Of a DNA stretch of 56,655 nucleotides, positions 1-7,914 are shown one piece after another. The position numbers and the translations under genes were made by a program. Positions within the stretch are counted from its first letter, which is position 1, and every line of letters begins with the position of its first letter. Source of the DNA: a virus (taxonomy: Duplodnaviria; Caudoviricetes); IMG/VR virus record IMGVR_UViG_3300048033_000146, positions 1-56,655 of that record. One strand, written 5' to 3'. The notes under the pieces are model-generated. The model did not search any database. It saw only the letters and a list, made by a program, of their open reading frames with translations, and had not been told where the DNA came from.

Positions 1-127
1 TCTACCTTCACACGTACATTGGCTGTCAAGCCGTTCATCCTTTTATAACGTTCTACCAAACTTTCAGCTTCATCAAGTGTATGGGTAGCATGTGTGGCAA
101 CTAATGTACCACACTCTGCTTTGTTAA
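1..127. repeat. Terminal direct repeat, identical to 56529-56655 (circular-assembly overlap)
   Basis: Exact 127-nt identity of the two ends; an ORF reads through the join. Confidence 0.95.
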
Positions 128-188
128 TCATGACATCAAAGTTTAGGCTGTAGCCGTAACCTGTCATTGTGTTGCAGTAATCACGCAT
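1..188 (-). CDS. Hypothetical 64 aa protein spanning the circular junction (stop at 56522-56524)
   Basis: Read by hand: MRDYCNTMTGYGYSLNFDVM...VRVKVEA; stop overlaps the ATG of the next gene at 56525. Confidence 0.7.
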   Translation of the reverse strand, partial: MRDYCNTMTGYGYSLNFDVMINKAECGTLVATHATHTLDEAESLVERYKRMNGLTANVRVKV

Positions 189-399
189 CTGCTTGCTCAC
201 TCAAAAGGTGATAGCGTACATAACGCTGACCTGTTACAGGGTGTTGTTTGCGGATACGAGTAAACTTAACGCCAACCTCTTCTAGGTCTAGGATGCGACG
301 TGGCAACGACATAATATTGTATTCCACAATTGCTTCACGGTTGGTGATGCTACCCACAGTTTGAAGGTGCTTCATGATGGTGTCGATTTGTTTTTGCAT
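181..399 (-). CDS. Winged helix-turn-helix DNA-binding protein (HTH_39-like)
   Basis: IMKHLQTVGSITNREAIVEYNIMSLPRRILDL...RYVRYHL pattern; start placed at MQKQ behind a GGAG SD. Confidence 0.75.
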   Translation of the reverse strand: MQKQIDTIMKHLQTVGSITNREAIVEYNIMSLPRRILDLEEVGVKFTRIRKQHPVTGQRYVRYHLLSEQADA

Positions 400-416
400 G
401 GTATATACTCCTGTTT

Positions 417-629
417 TTACCATTTATGATTTCGTATTAGCCAGTAGGCATAACACTCTGTACAATGATCCTCGCCACAGATCAAGTCTATTAACCAGAC
501 TAGGTTTGGCTTGTTGTTTTTCTGCCACATCTTGTTACGTGCAGAGAAAGTCTGGTTTGATGATCCACCCAGTATGACGTTGACCAATACTGATGCGGCA
601 ATCGCTACACGTTTAAGATAAGATTTCAT
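417..629 (-). CDS. Hypothetical protein with hydrophobic N-terminus
   Basis: ORF track; NVILGG..QTFSAR...HC motif; start trimmed to MKSYL. Confidence 0.6.
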   Translation of the reverse strand: MKSYLKRVAIAASVLVNVILGGSSNQTFSARNKMWQKNNKPNLVWLIDLICGEDHCTECYAYWLIRNHKW

Positions 630-759
630 AGACCAACCTATCGTATGCTTCATCCACACCATGTTTGAATGCTTCTAATTCGTTTTGACTACCAAAGACA
701 TATTCTTTCACGTGCCAGTATTCAGGGTCTTTGCCCCAACGAATAGTAATTTTATACAT
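613..759 (-). CDS. Hypothetical 48 aa protein (not in ORF track)
   Basis: MYKITIRWGKDPEYWHVKEYVF...; fills the gap and overlaps both neighbours. Confidence 0.6.
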   Translation of the reverse strand: MYKITIRWGKDPEYWHVKEYVFGSQNELEAFKHGVDEAYDRLVYEILS

Positions 760-1096
760 TTTCTTCACGTTCTGCCGCCTCTTCTAGCCTGTTCATTACC
801 ACAGCCAAGGCCACACCCAGATCGCGTAAGCTTGCTTGCTCTGCCATCTCTCTCACACTCTGCCAAGGGTGCTTCTTATCGTTACTAGTATGGGGAGTCT
901 CCACCTCTGGTGGTACAGCCATAGCATTTTCATCAAATTTAATAGCTGTTTTAGAAGTCACGCTGTTATAATTAAGCCATTCAATCAGGCTTGGCTTATG
1001 TGTCGGTACTTCCACAGGCCACCAATGGTAGGATCGCTGCTTGGCTAGTGCCTGAGTGCCAAACCACTCGCCATTGTCGTTTGTGTATAGTTTCAT
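752..1096 (-). CDS. Hypothetical early protein
   Basis: ORF track; AGGAG SD; ATGA coupling. Confidence 0.7.
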   Translation of the reverse strand: MKLYTNDNGEWFGTQALAKQRSYHWWPVEVPTHKPSLIEWLNYNSVTSKTAIKFDENAMAVPPEVETPHTSNDKKHPWQSVREMAEQASLRDLGVALAVVMNRLEEAAEREENV

Positions 1097-1578
1097 TGGT
1101 TTACTCCTTCTTCTTTAAACCATCCTTTGCTTTTCAGAAAACGTTTTAACATTCTCATTTTGATTGGATCATTTAATGCGGCATACACCCCATATATTTC
1201 CAACACCTCGCGCCTGTCGCGTTTCTTTGGGGCTGTGTCTACCCATGTCTCGCCTTTGGTTCCCATCAGGATCACGTGACGATTAACACGCACAGCATAC
1301 ATAAAGATACCTTTGTGTTCGTTATCTTTGAAATGCTGCTCCACACGTTTGCGGATGCTGCCGACAGTATCACCCCGCTTTAACTTGATCGCGCTTTTGA
1401 CGCTGCGGAAGGACCACATAGAACGTATAGCACGTGCCAGATCATCCCACGTATGCAGGTATCTAGTTGCACCATCCACACCAAGGATTTTCGCTACCGC
1501 CAAGGCGCACACGTTCTTGTTCTTGTTTTTCGCGTTGTTTGATACGTCGATCAGCTTTTGCCGCACTAAATAGTTCAT
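1093..1578 (-). CDS. Putative papain-like (Cys-His-Asp) fold protein
   Basis: NVCALAVAKILG ... RHVILM ... WVDT; start at MNYL behind a GAGG SD. Confidence 0.5.
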   Translation of the reverse strand: MNYLVRQKLIDVSNNAKNKNKNVCALAVAKILGVDGATRYLHTWDDLARAIRSMWSFRSVKSAIKLKRGDTVGSIRKRVEQHFKDNEHKGIFMYAVRVNRHVILMGTKGETWVDTAPKKRDRREVLEIYGVYAALNDPIKMRMLKRFLKSKGWFKEEGVNQ

Positions 1579-1710
1579 ACTTTTTACCTCTCTCAAGTTT
1601 TTGTAGGTGGTGTACCCACCCCAATGTTGCGCTATATGCTTCCACCACCCTGTCGGGTTGCGGTTTGTGTTTTCTGACATTTATAATATCTTTTCTGATC
1701 TGCCTACACA

Positions 1711-1920
1711 TCAGAACCGCCAATCAATATATTGTTGCAAATTTGCATCACGCATGTCTAGCACCCCGCGTATGATTTCGTGCCGCATGTCACGTGCTGT
1801 GCGTGTCTTTGCTTCAGGTTTTAACATGCTGTGGATCGCTTTAATCCAACGTTTATGAGGCTGCCCCACACCACCCGCGCGGCGTTCAATGTCAAAATAC
1901 ATTCTGGTTGGTACACTCAT
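1711..1920 (-). CDS. Hypothetical early protein
   Basis: ORF track; GGAG SD; coupled to upstream stop. Confidence 0.65.
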   Translation of the reverse strand: MSVPTRMYFDIERRAGGVGQPHKRWIKAIHSMLKPEAKTRTARDMRHEIIRGVLDMRDANLQQYIDWRF

Positions 1921-2147
1921 GCCATAAACTCCCTAACAATAAAATACATGCGCCATTCTGTGCTATCGCTTTTGTTGGCTGTGACAAAACAATGGTATGT
2001 TTTATCCTCAAACCGTAGCCTTTCAGAATAAGCATCCGTAGCCAATAGCCTTTGGGCAAACCGTTTCGCCTTTTTCATAGACGTGAAATACCATCGTGCA
2101 GGGTTTTCGTCGCCACTTTCTTTCATCACATATACATATTTTGACAT
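1917..2147 (-). CDS. Hypothetical early protein
   Basis: ORF track; start trimmed to MSKY with AAGGA SD. Confidence 0.65.
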   Translation of the reverse strand: MSKYVYVMKESGDENPARWYFTSMKKAKRFAQRLLATDAYSERLRFEDKTYHCFVTANKSDSTEWRMYFIVREFMA

Positions 2148-2148
2148 A

Positions 2149-2376
2149 TCAATAATCCTTTCTACCAAATGGTTCATCATTATAGCCTACGCGGTATAGT
2201 TCCCGCGCCTTGGCTGTTAGTTTCTGGGCGTAATCCCCATCATGCAAGCGGTTTTGTCGCCCATAATAGGCATCAACTGCGCCTTGGTTATATGCTGTCG
2301 CATCCTGTTCGGTGTAATAGCACCATTGACCATCCTCACCCACATAAGCTTGTCCAACTCTAATATCGCAAATCAT
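2149..2376 (-). CDS. Hypothetical early protein
   Basis: ORF track; AYNQGAVDAYYGR...YRVGY motif. Confidence 0.65.
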   Translation of the reverse strand: MICDIRVGQAYVGEDGQWCYYTEQDATAYNQGAVDAYYGRQNRLHDGDYAQKLTAKARELYRVGYNDEPFGRKDY

Positions 2377-2391
2377 GACAGACCACCTTTC

Positions 2392-2610
2392 CTATATTTT
2401 GCCATTTAGTTTATCTAGTGCTGCGTCAATCGAAGCTTGATCGTCACGCGTTCCTACAATGCACATATGTTGCTTTAATATACCGTGATACAAGTTTTGA
2501 TGTAGATCATCACGTTCATCAAGCACAACGTTTTTGTCGTAGTCCCCAAAGTAGTTGAACCACTTTTGATGTTCTAATTCATATACAAACAAAGTGTAAT
2601 ATTTTTGCAT
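2392..2610 (-). CDS. Hypothetical early protein
   Basis: ORF track; AAGGA SD. Confidence 0.7.
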   Translation of the reverse strand: MQKYYTLFVYELEHQKWFNYFGDYDKNVVLDERDDLHQNLYHGILKQHMCIVGTRDDQASIDAALDKLNGKI

Positions 2611-2632
2611 TGTCTTATCCTTTCCCTATTGA

Positions 2633-3292
2633 TTAAACTTTTACCGCGTCAACGCATTCAACGTGATAGCGTGAAACAATATCGCCATTGTCTAGTGATT
2701 TGTTAGCACGATTACCCGCCACATAATCGCACCATGAATTCCACCAAAATGCAGATCCTTGAATTTGTGTCATCTTTACATAGTCGGCAATTTTAGCGCG
2801 ACGTGTTGCCGGTTTTACTTTGCCAAGCTTGACAGCGTTAGCAGATAGGCCAAGGCGTTTTAAATTATGACTATCGATACAAGCGACATTAAAGCCAAAC
2901 ATTTGCGCCACGAATGCAGCTTTAACCATACCAAGGTTTGGAACGTTCAAGAATAGTTCAATCGCTTCAACGCAGCCTTCAACGCTATCAAGGCCATAGG
3001 TCTGTTCAATATGTTTGATCTTGCCATATAGGAAACCGTCATGTGCCTTGGCATATTCAAGGCCATCACCTTTAAGACCCCACATAAAACGAGAGCTTGC
3101 GCCCAATTCGTTTACGTCATCAATCTGGCCTTTACATGTGGATAGACCCGCTTGAATTGTTGTCAGAACAAATAGCACGACTGGCACAACACTCTTTTTG
3201 TTGTCAGATATTGCGCGGATTGCATCAACGTCACGCTCATAAGAATTCAATGTGATCGCGTCATTGGTGATTGCGAATTTGGTGTTAGTCAT
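2633..3292 (-). CDS. HhH-GPD DNA glycosylase-like protein (OGG2/AGOG-like), first gene of the early arm
   Basis: FLNVPNLGMVKAAFVAQMFGFNVACIDSHNLKRLG resembles a helix-hairpin-helix plus catalytic Asp; start MTNT with AAGGA SD. Confidence 0.65.
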   Translation of the reverse strand: MTNTKFAITNDAITLNSYERDVDAIRAISDNKKSVVPVVLFVLTTIQAGLSTCKGQIDDVNELGASSRFMWGLKGDGLEYAKAHDGFLYGKIKHIEQTYGLDSVEGCVEAIELFLNVPNLGMVKAAFVAQMFGFNVACIDSHNLKRLGLSANAVKLGKVKPATRRAKIADYVKMTQIQGSAFWWNSWCDYVAGNRANKSLDNGDIVSRYHVECVDAVKV

Positions 3293-3538
3293 TTTGTGTA
3301 TCCTTATATTCAAGTTTTGGAATGTGGCGGTATCGTACCGCTCATCCCGATTAAGATATTATGTAGACGTATAAGTCATCAAAAAATTTGGTTTTGTAAC
3401 AATTCGTGATCGACATTCAAATAGTTGAATATGTTATTTATATTTATAATGTATATACACAGTTATGTTTCAGTAACGAAATGTTACAATGTGAAACAAA
3501 GCGTGAGCAAGGTGAATGCATTGGAACGATTGCATGAA

Positions 3539-3621
3539 TGTGATCACATAATGAGGGGTGGCATATATTTGTGATCACAATAGGGGGTGTATCGTACACG
3601 TTTCTTTATTTTGTGATCACA
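3539..3621. repeat. Three perfect TGTGATCACA palindromes
   Basis: Copies at 3539-3548, 3570-3579, 3612-3621. Confidence 0.9.
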
Positions 3622-3872
3622 GTCTGAATTGGTAAGCTTTTCTGACCACAATACGGCCTTAATTGATCAGATAACACTTATAAAAGCTATATATTTCAAT
3701 GAATTAGCTTGGTTTAGCCTTATTATTTCTGCATTTTGGTACGATTGACCCTAGAAAGGCACCGTGCGAGGGCCACCCGGGGGTATGTGGTATTACGTAT
3801 ATGTACAAATACACAGAAGGGGCTTTTTGAGGATGCAACTAAAACGTGTATACAGGGGGTATATGGACCAAT

Positions 3873-4121
3873 AGTAGTAACTTTATGTTACAGTATGCTA
3901 CAATATGTGAAGATTTAGCATTTTATGGATTGACAGGGGGGTGTTTTTCCATATAACTGCGTAGCAGTAGCAGCCTGTAGTTATAACATTAAGTGTTTTA
4001 ACTCTCTAAATAAGTAATACATATAAGTAAAGTAGTAACTAATAAGAGTAGTAACTATTATTAGAGTGTTGTAAATGGATCAGTGGACATAGGAAAAGTT
4101 GTAACACTAGCAAAGTTGTAA
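3873..4121. repeat. AT-rich region with AGTAGTAACT x3 and GTTGTAA x3
   Basis: AGTAGTAACT at 3873, 4031, 4047; GTTGTAA near 4068, 4098, 4115. Confidence 0.8.
3930..3957 (+). promoter_or_regulatory. Sigma70-like promoter TTGACA-N16-TATAAC
   Basis: Direct motif; heads the plus arm. Confidence 0.7.
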
Positions 4122-4311
4122 ATATTCAAATTTAACTATTGCAAAGCTGCAAATAACCTGTTACTTTGTTTCTTGTAACACATCCCTCCTGTATAAACAT
4201 AATAAGTGTTACTAACTGGTACGTGTAGCATCTATAGTGTAGCACCCTCCCTCGTTTCCTCTCTCTAATACCTGTATTTGCGACACGTACCACATTTTCC
4301 AATTAAATGTG

Positions 4312-4339
4312 TTGACAATGAATAATAATCGAATACAAC
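4312..4339 (+). promoter_or_regulatory. Promoter-like TTGACA-N16-TACAAC
   Basis: Same geometry as the other copies; overlaps the start of a CDS. Confidence 0.5.
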
Positions 4340-4578
4340 TATACGCATCAGATGACGTAATTGAAGAGTTTTACAAAGCTCTAGCTTCTGGTGACCCTAA
4401 CAGATTACACCGTGTACATATCCCTAAAAGTGATGTCTTTTATGTGAGATCAGCTATAGAAGCTGACACAGGAAAGCGATACACATTGGATCATGTAGAA
4501 CGTGCTATGTACCTTGAAGGTATGCTTGATAGAAAAGACGTGTTTGAACCTGACAGAGAACGTGATGGCGTAGGATGA
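4318..4578 (+). CDS. Hypothetical protein
   Basis: ORF track; start uncertain; ATGA-coupled to next gene. Confidence 0.7.
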   Translation: MNNNRIQLYASDDVIEEFYKALASGDPNRLHRVHIPKSDVFYVRSAIEADTGKRYTLDHVERAMYLEGMLDRKDVFEPDRERDGVG

Positions 4579-4793
4579 AGTATCTATTGTTACCCTTACT
4601 GCTCTGCGCTTGTAACACCGTAACATATACTGCGTCTTGTAGACATGATGACACAGTATGCCAGAGAAACCAGAATGCACAAACCCTCGCTATTATCGGA
4701 CAAGAAGAGGCGGCTCTACAATTACTTTGTGAAGACCAGTCTATTCGCCATACTATTAGCGACAAGTGCGCTGGGTCAGGACACAGTAGGTGA
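4575..4793 (+). CDS. Putative lipoprotein
   Basis: MKYLLLPLLLCAC lipobox-like signal; further Cys residues. Confidence 0.6.
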   Translation: MKYLLLPLLLCACNTVTYTASCRHDDTVCQRNQNAQTLAIIGQEEAALQLLCEDQSIRHTISDKCAGSGHSR

Positions 4794-5463
4794 CTTCGCT
4801 AACAGCAACAGCACCGTAGACAGTAACAACAATACTGAAACAATAAACTACAATGGTGCTGGCAGTAGCCCCGGATCACAGCCTGTAATGTCAGCTATAG
4901 CCCCTACAGTAATGGGCAGCGGTGGTAATGACTCTTGTTTGATTAGTAAGAGTACAGGTATATCTCTAAACTTTGTAGGTATATCTGGTGGTAGTATGGA
5001 GCAGGATGAACACTGCAACAGACGTAAGAACGCCCGACTACTAGGTTTACCACAGCAGGTAGGTGGACTAGGGTTACAGGTATCGGCTATATCTGTACTA
5101 TGCCAAGACCCTACTGTGTTTCGTAGTATGATGTTAGCTAATACGCCTTGCCCTATAGCCGATACTAATACAGGCAAACTATTGATGGGCAAGAAAGCTA
5201 TAAATAAATACAGAGAGAATCCAGAGCAGTACATTGTGGGGTATGAACTGGACAAAGAATTTTGGGATGCCTTATTAAAGGTAGAAGAGGAAAACAATGA
5301 AACAATCGCATCTATTGAAGACAGCGGCCCTACTCTCAGCCTTTCTGATAGGTTCCGTACCAGTAAACGCAGAGATAACCGATCCAGCGACAACGATGAC
5401 GGGGCAGGAGAAGATCGACTACTTGATCGCAACTCTGGACTCAATAAAGACACGTCTGAATGA
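4729..5463 (+). CDS. Secreted Cys-containing protein with glycine-rich hydrophobic segments
   Basis: GTG start gives signal peptide MKTSLFAILLATSALG-Q; DSC, EHCNRRK, VLCQDP, TPCP motifs; start uncertain. Confidence 0.65.
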   Translation: MKTSLFAILLATSALGQDTVGDFANSNSTVDSNNNTETINYNGAGSSPGSQPVMSAIAPTVMGSGGNDSCLISKSTGISLNFVGISGGSMEQDEHCNRRKNARLLGLPQQVGGLGLQVSAISVLCQDPTVFRSMMLANTPCPIADTNTGKLLMGKKAINKYRENPEQYIVGYELDKEFWDALLKVEEENNETIASIEDSGPTLSLSDRFRTSKRRDNRSSDNDDGAGEDRLLDRNSGLNKDTSE

Positions 5464-6136
5464 TGGCTCTGTACTTACTGTAGGTGTTGTAGGTTATGCT
5501 CAGATTGGTGGTGTTATTGTAGATGGTGCTATGGATGATGGTATCATTTCAGCGCAGGAACTAGCTGACTACACAGAAGCTAAAGACCTTGTGATTCAAC
5601 ATGACTACGCTATTGCTGAAACTGCAGAGCAGATGTTTATGCAAGAGTATGCAGCTAACATGAATAGCTTGTCTGCAGCAGTAGATAACCTGACAGCAGC
5701 AACTTCTGTAATCATGACAGCAGTTACCGTTATGGAGACTGCAGCAGTAGCAGACACAAAGCCAGAACAAGTAGAGCTACAGGGTATGTTGGCTACGGAT
5801 ACCTACAGCATTGACTCAGCAGAAGTATCAGAGTACAATGAAGCTGTAGTAGCAGTTGAAGGTTTTGCACAACAAGCAGGTGCATTCATGGCTGCAGCTA
5901 ATAATGATGACCTAACAGCAAGCATTGATAACTATGCTTCACAGAGTAACTTCATGGTAGGTAGCTACACAGCTATTACGTACACACAAAGCGTAGACGA
6001 GTTTGTAATTACTTGGGCTGAATCTGGATTCGGTACTGGTTGGCAGGGCTACCTAACACCAGACATGAAGAATGCTTCAGAAGTTTATGCAGCAGGTGAG
6101 TACATAGAACAGTATGGTGGATACCCAACACAGTAA
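5297..6136 (+). CDS. Secreted acidic helical protein
   Basis: Signal peptide ending VNA-E; GAGGA SD; 167-nt overlap with upstream gene. Confidence 0.75.
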   Translation: MKQSHLLKTAALLSAFLIGSVPVNAEITDPATTMTGQEKIDYLIATLDSIKTRLNDGSVLTVGVVGYAQIGGVIVDGAMDDGIISAQELADYTEAKDLVIQHDYAIAETAEQMFMQEYAANMNSLSAAVDNLTAATSVIMTAVTVMETAAVADTKPEQVELQGMLATDTYSIDSAEVSEYNEAVVAVEGFAQQAGAFMAAANNDDLTASIDNYASQSNFMVGSYTAITYTQSVDEFVITWAESGFGTGWQGYLTPDMKNASEVYAAGEYIEQYGGYPTQ

Positions 6137-6648
6137 TGAGTATGGAATTTAGCATAGGCGGCTTCAATGTCAAAGGGTGGATGGTTGCAGTAGGTGTACC
6201 CATCCTCTCCACTATTTCTGGTGGTATCTACTTTGGGTATGACACTCTAAACCGTTTCTACGGCGCAGAGGCTGGGGTAGAAGAGGCTCTAGCTGGGGTA
6301 GATGACCTAGATGGTCTTAACGCTACTCTAGACAAGCGTGTAACGGCTGTAGAGACAGAAGCACAACGCAGCCTATCCCAGACAGAAGCAGCCCTTGTTG
6401 TACGTATCCAGACGCTAGAACAAGCTATAGCTGATAATGATGTACGTGGGTTGAATCAAAAGCTGGCACAGCTAGGTACAAACATGACACAGATACTTGA
6501 GCAGCAGAAGATACTACTGGACCTACGTAGCCAAGTAGACAAAGCAACAACAGTAACCGACAGCCTAGATGATACTCTGAATATTCTAAAGACAGAGATT
6601 GACGATATCTGGGATGCATATGACGAACTTGTAGATAATCCACTATGA
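6136..6648 (+). CDS. Membrane-anchored coiled-coil protein
   Basis: N-terminal TM segment followed by heptad-rich helix. Confidence 0.75.
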   Translation: MSMEFSIGGFNVKGWMVAVGVPILSTISGGIYFGYDTLNRFYGAEAGVEEALAGVDDLDGLNATLDKRVTAVETEAQRSLSQTEAALVVRIQTLEQAIADNDVRGLNQKLAQLGTNMTQILEQQKILLDLRSQVDKATTVTDSLDDTLNILKTEIDDIWDAYDELVDNPL

Positions 6649-6968
6649 AGCAGCTAGAAGAAGGTAGTGCTTGGGACGCAGCAGACGCTGATGGTGATGG
6701 CATCATTACAGATGATGAAATGGCTATGTATGAGCGTAGGGTACGTTTCGAGAATGAGGATAAGAAAGAAGATGCGCAACGTAATATGGCATGGTTTGCT
6801 TTATTTGGTATGCTTCTTTATCCCTTTGCTGTTGTTATATCTGCTGGCTTTGGTATTGAAACTGCTTCAAATACCCTCGGAGATATGGCACCTACTTACT
6901 TTGTGTCTGTTGCTGCTATTGTGGCGGCATTCTACGGTGGACAAGCCTACACGAAAGGTAAAAAATAA
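6645..6968 (+). CDS. EF-hand-containing two-TM membrane protein (holin candidate)
   Basis: DADGDGIITDDE canonical EF loop; two hydrophobic helices; basic C-terminus. Confidence 0.65.
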   Translation: MKQLEEGSAWDAADADGDGIITDDEMAMYERRVRFENEDKKEDAQRNMAWFALFGMLLYPFAVVISAGFGIETASNTLGDMAPTYFVSVAAIVAAFYGGQAYTKGKK

Positions 6969-7231
6969 TGCCATACCAGAAGAACGGAAAACGCGACTAC
7001 AAGAAGCAGAACGAAAAGTACGACTCGCGCCCCTCTGTAAAGAAGGACCGTGCTTCCCGAAATGCTGCACGTAAGACAATGTCTAAAGCGGGTAAGGTAC
7101 GCAAAGGTGATGGTAAAGACGTGGATCATAAAGATGGAAACCCACGTAATAACAAAAGTAAGAACCTACGTGTGATGTCTAAGGCTAAGAACCGTAGCGT
7201 TAAGCGTACAAGCGGGAATAGGAAAGCATAA
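6968..7231 (+). CDS. Small basic HNH endonuclease-like protein
   Basis: DVDHKDGNPRNNKSKNLRVMS...NR. Confidence 0.75.
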   Translation: MPYQKNGKRDYKKQNEKYDSRPSVKKDRASRNAARKTMSKAGKVRKGDGKDVDHKDGNPRNNKSKNLRVMSKAKNRSVKRTSGNRKA

Positions 7232-7533
7232 TGTCGGAGAAGAAAAGTGCTAAAAAAGATTCGAGACTTACTAGGGCTGGTGTATCGGGTTATAATAAAC
7301 CCAAACGAACCCCAAGCCACCCCAAAAAAAGCCACATCGTCGTCGCCAAAGAAGGTGACAAAATCAAAACGATCCGCTTCGGGGAACAAGGCGCAAAAAC
7401 CGCAGGGTCTCCCAAAAAAGGCGAAAGCGAAAAAATGAAAAAGAAACGTGCATCTTTTAAAGCACGTCATTCAAAGAATATCGCTAAAGGTAAGATGTCT
7501 GCTGCATATTGGGCAAATAGGGAAAAGTGGTAA
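7231..7533 (+). CDS. Small Lys-rich protein, probably virion/DNA associated
   Basis: KTIRFGEQG...RASFKARH...SAAYWA..KW. Confidence 0.7.
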   Translation: MSEKKSAKKDSRLTRAGVSGYNKPKRTPSHPKKSHIVVAKEGDKIKTIRFGEQGAKTAGSPKKGESEKMKKKRASFKARHSKNIAKGKMSAAYWANREKW

Positions 7534-7697
7534 TGGCAACACCAACCAACAAAAAGCTCTACGCTAGAGTAAAAGCAGAAGCTAAGAAGAAGTTTGACGT
7601 ATGGCCCAGCGCATATGGATCAGCTTGGTTAACTAAAACCTATAAAGCACGTGGGGGTAAGTACAGTGGCAGCAAAGCCAACAAAGTCAAAAAGTAA
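7533..7697 (+). CDS. 54 aa basic protein (DUF5872-like N-terminal half; not in ORF track)
   Basis: MATPTNKKLYARVKAEAKKKFDVWPSAYGSAWLTKTYKARGGKY; TAATG coupling. Confidence 0.75.
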   Translation: MATPTNKKLYARVKAEAKKKFDVWPSAYGSAWLTKTYKARGGKYSGSKANKVKK

Positions 7698-7914
7698 GAA
7701 GGGCGGCTTAGGTAAGTGGTTCGGTGAAGAGTGGACTGATGTTAAGACTGGTAAGCCTTGTGGTCGCTCTAGTGCTTCAAAGAGCAAACGCCCTTACCCA
7801 GCTTGTCGCCCAAAGGCAGTAGCTAGTAAGATTACTAAAAAAGAAGCAGCAAAGAAAACTGGCCCTAAGAAGGTCAAATGGTCAACAACAGCATCAGGAA
7901 AGAAACGAAAATGA
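7666..7914 (+). CDS. Basic protein (DUF5872-like C-terminal half)
   Basis: GGLGKWFGEEWTDVKTGKPCGR...YPACRP; GTG start behind a G-rich SD. Confidence 0.7.
   Translation: MAAKPTKSKSKKGGLGKWFGEEWTDVKTGKPCGRSSASKSKRPYPACRPKAVASKITKKEAAKKTGPKKVKWSTTASGKKRK

Noticed and set aside
3539-3621. Mini CRISPR array
   Set aside because: Repeats are only 10 bp, spacers are 21 and 32 bp and resemble each other; no cas operon (the Cas4-like nuclease is a usual phage replication gene)
3293-4317. tRNA gene or attP with a tRNA-like core
   Set aside because: No cloverleaf or T-loop/acceptor signature found by eye; tRNAscan-SE would be decisive
4848-5453. Long antisense ORFs (this one and e.g. 15551-16015, 37470-37847, 41638-42078)
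   Set aside because: Shadow or alternate frames of well-supported genes, without SD or motifs
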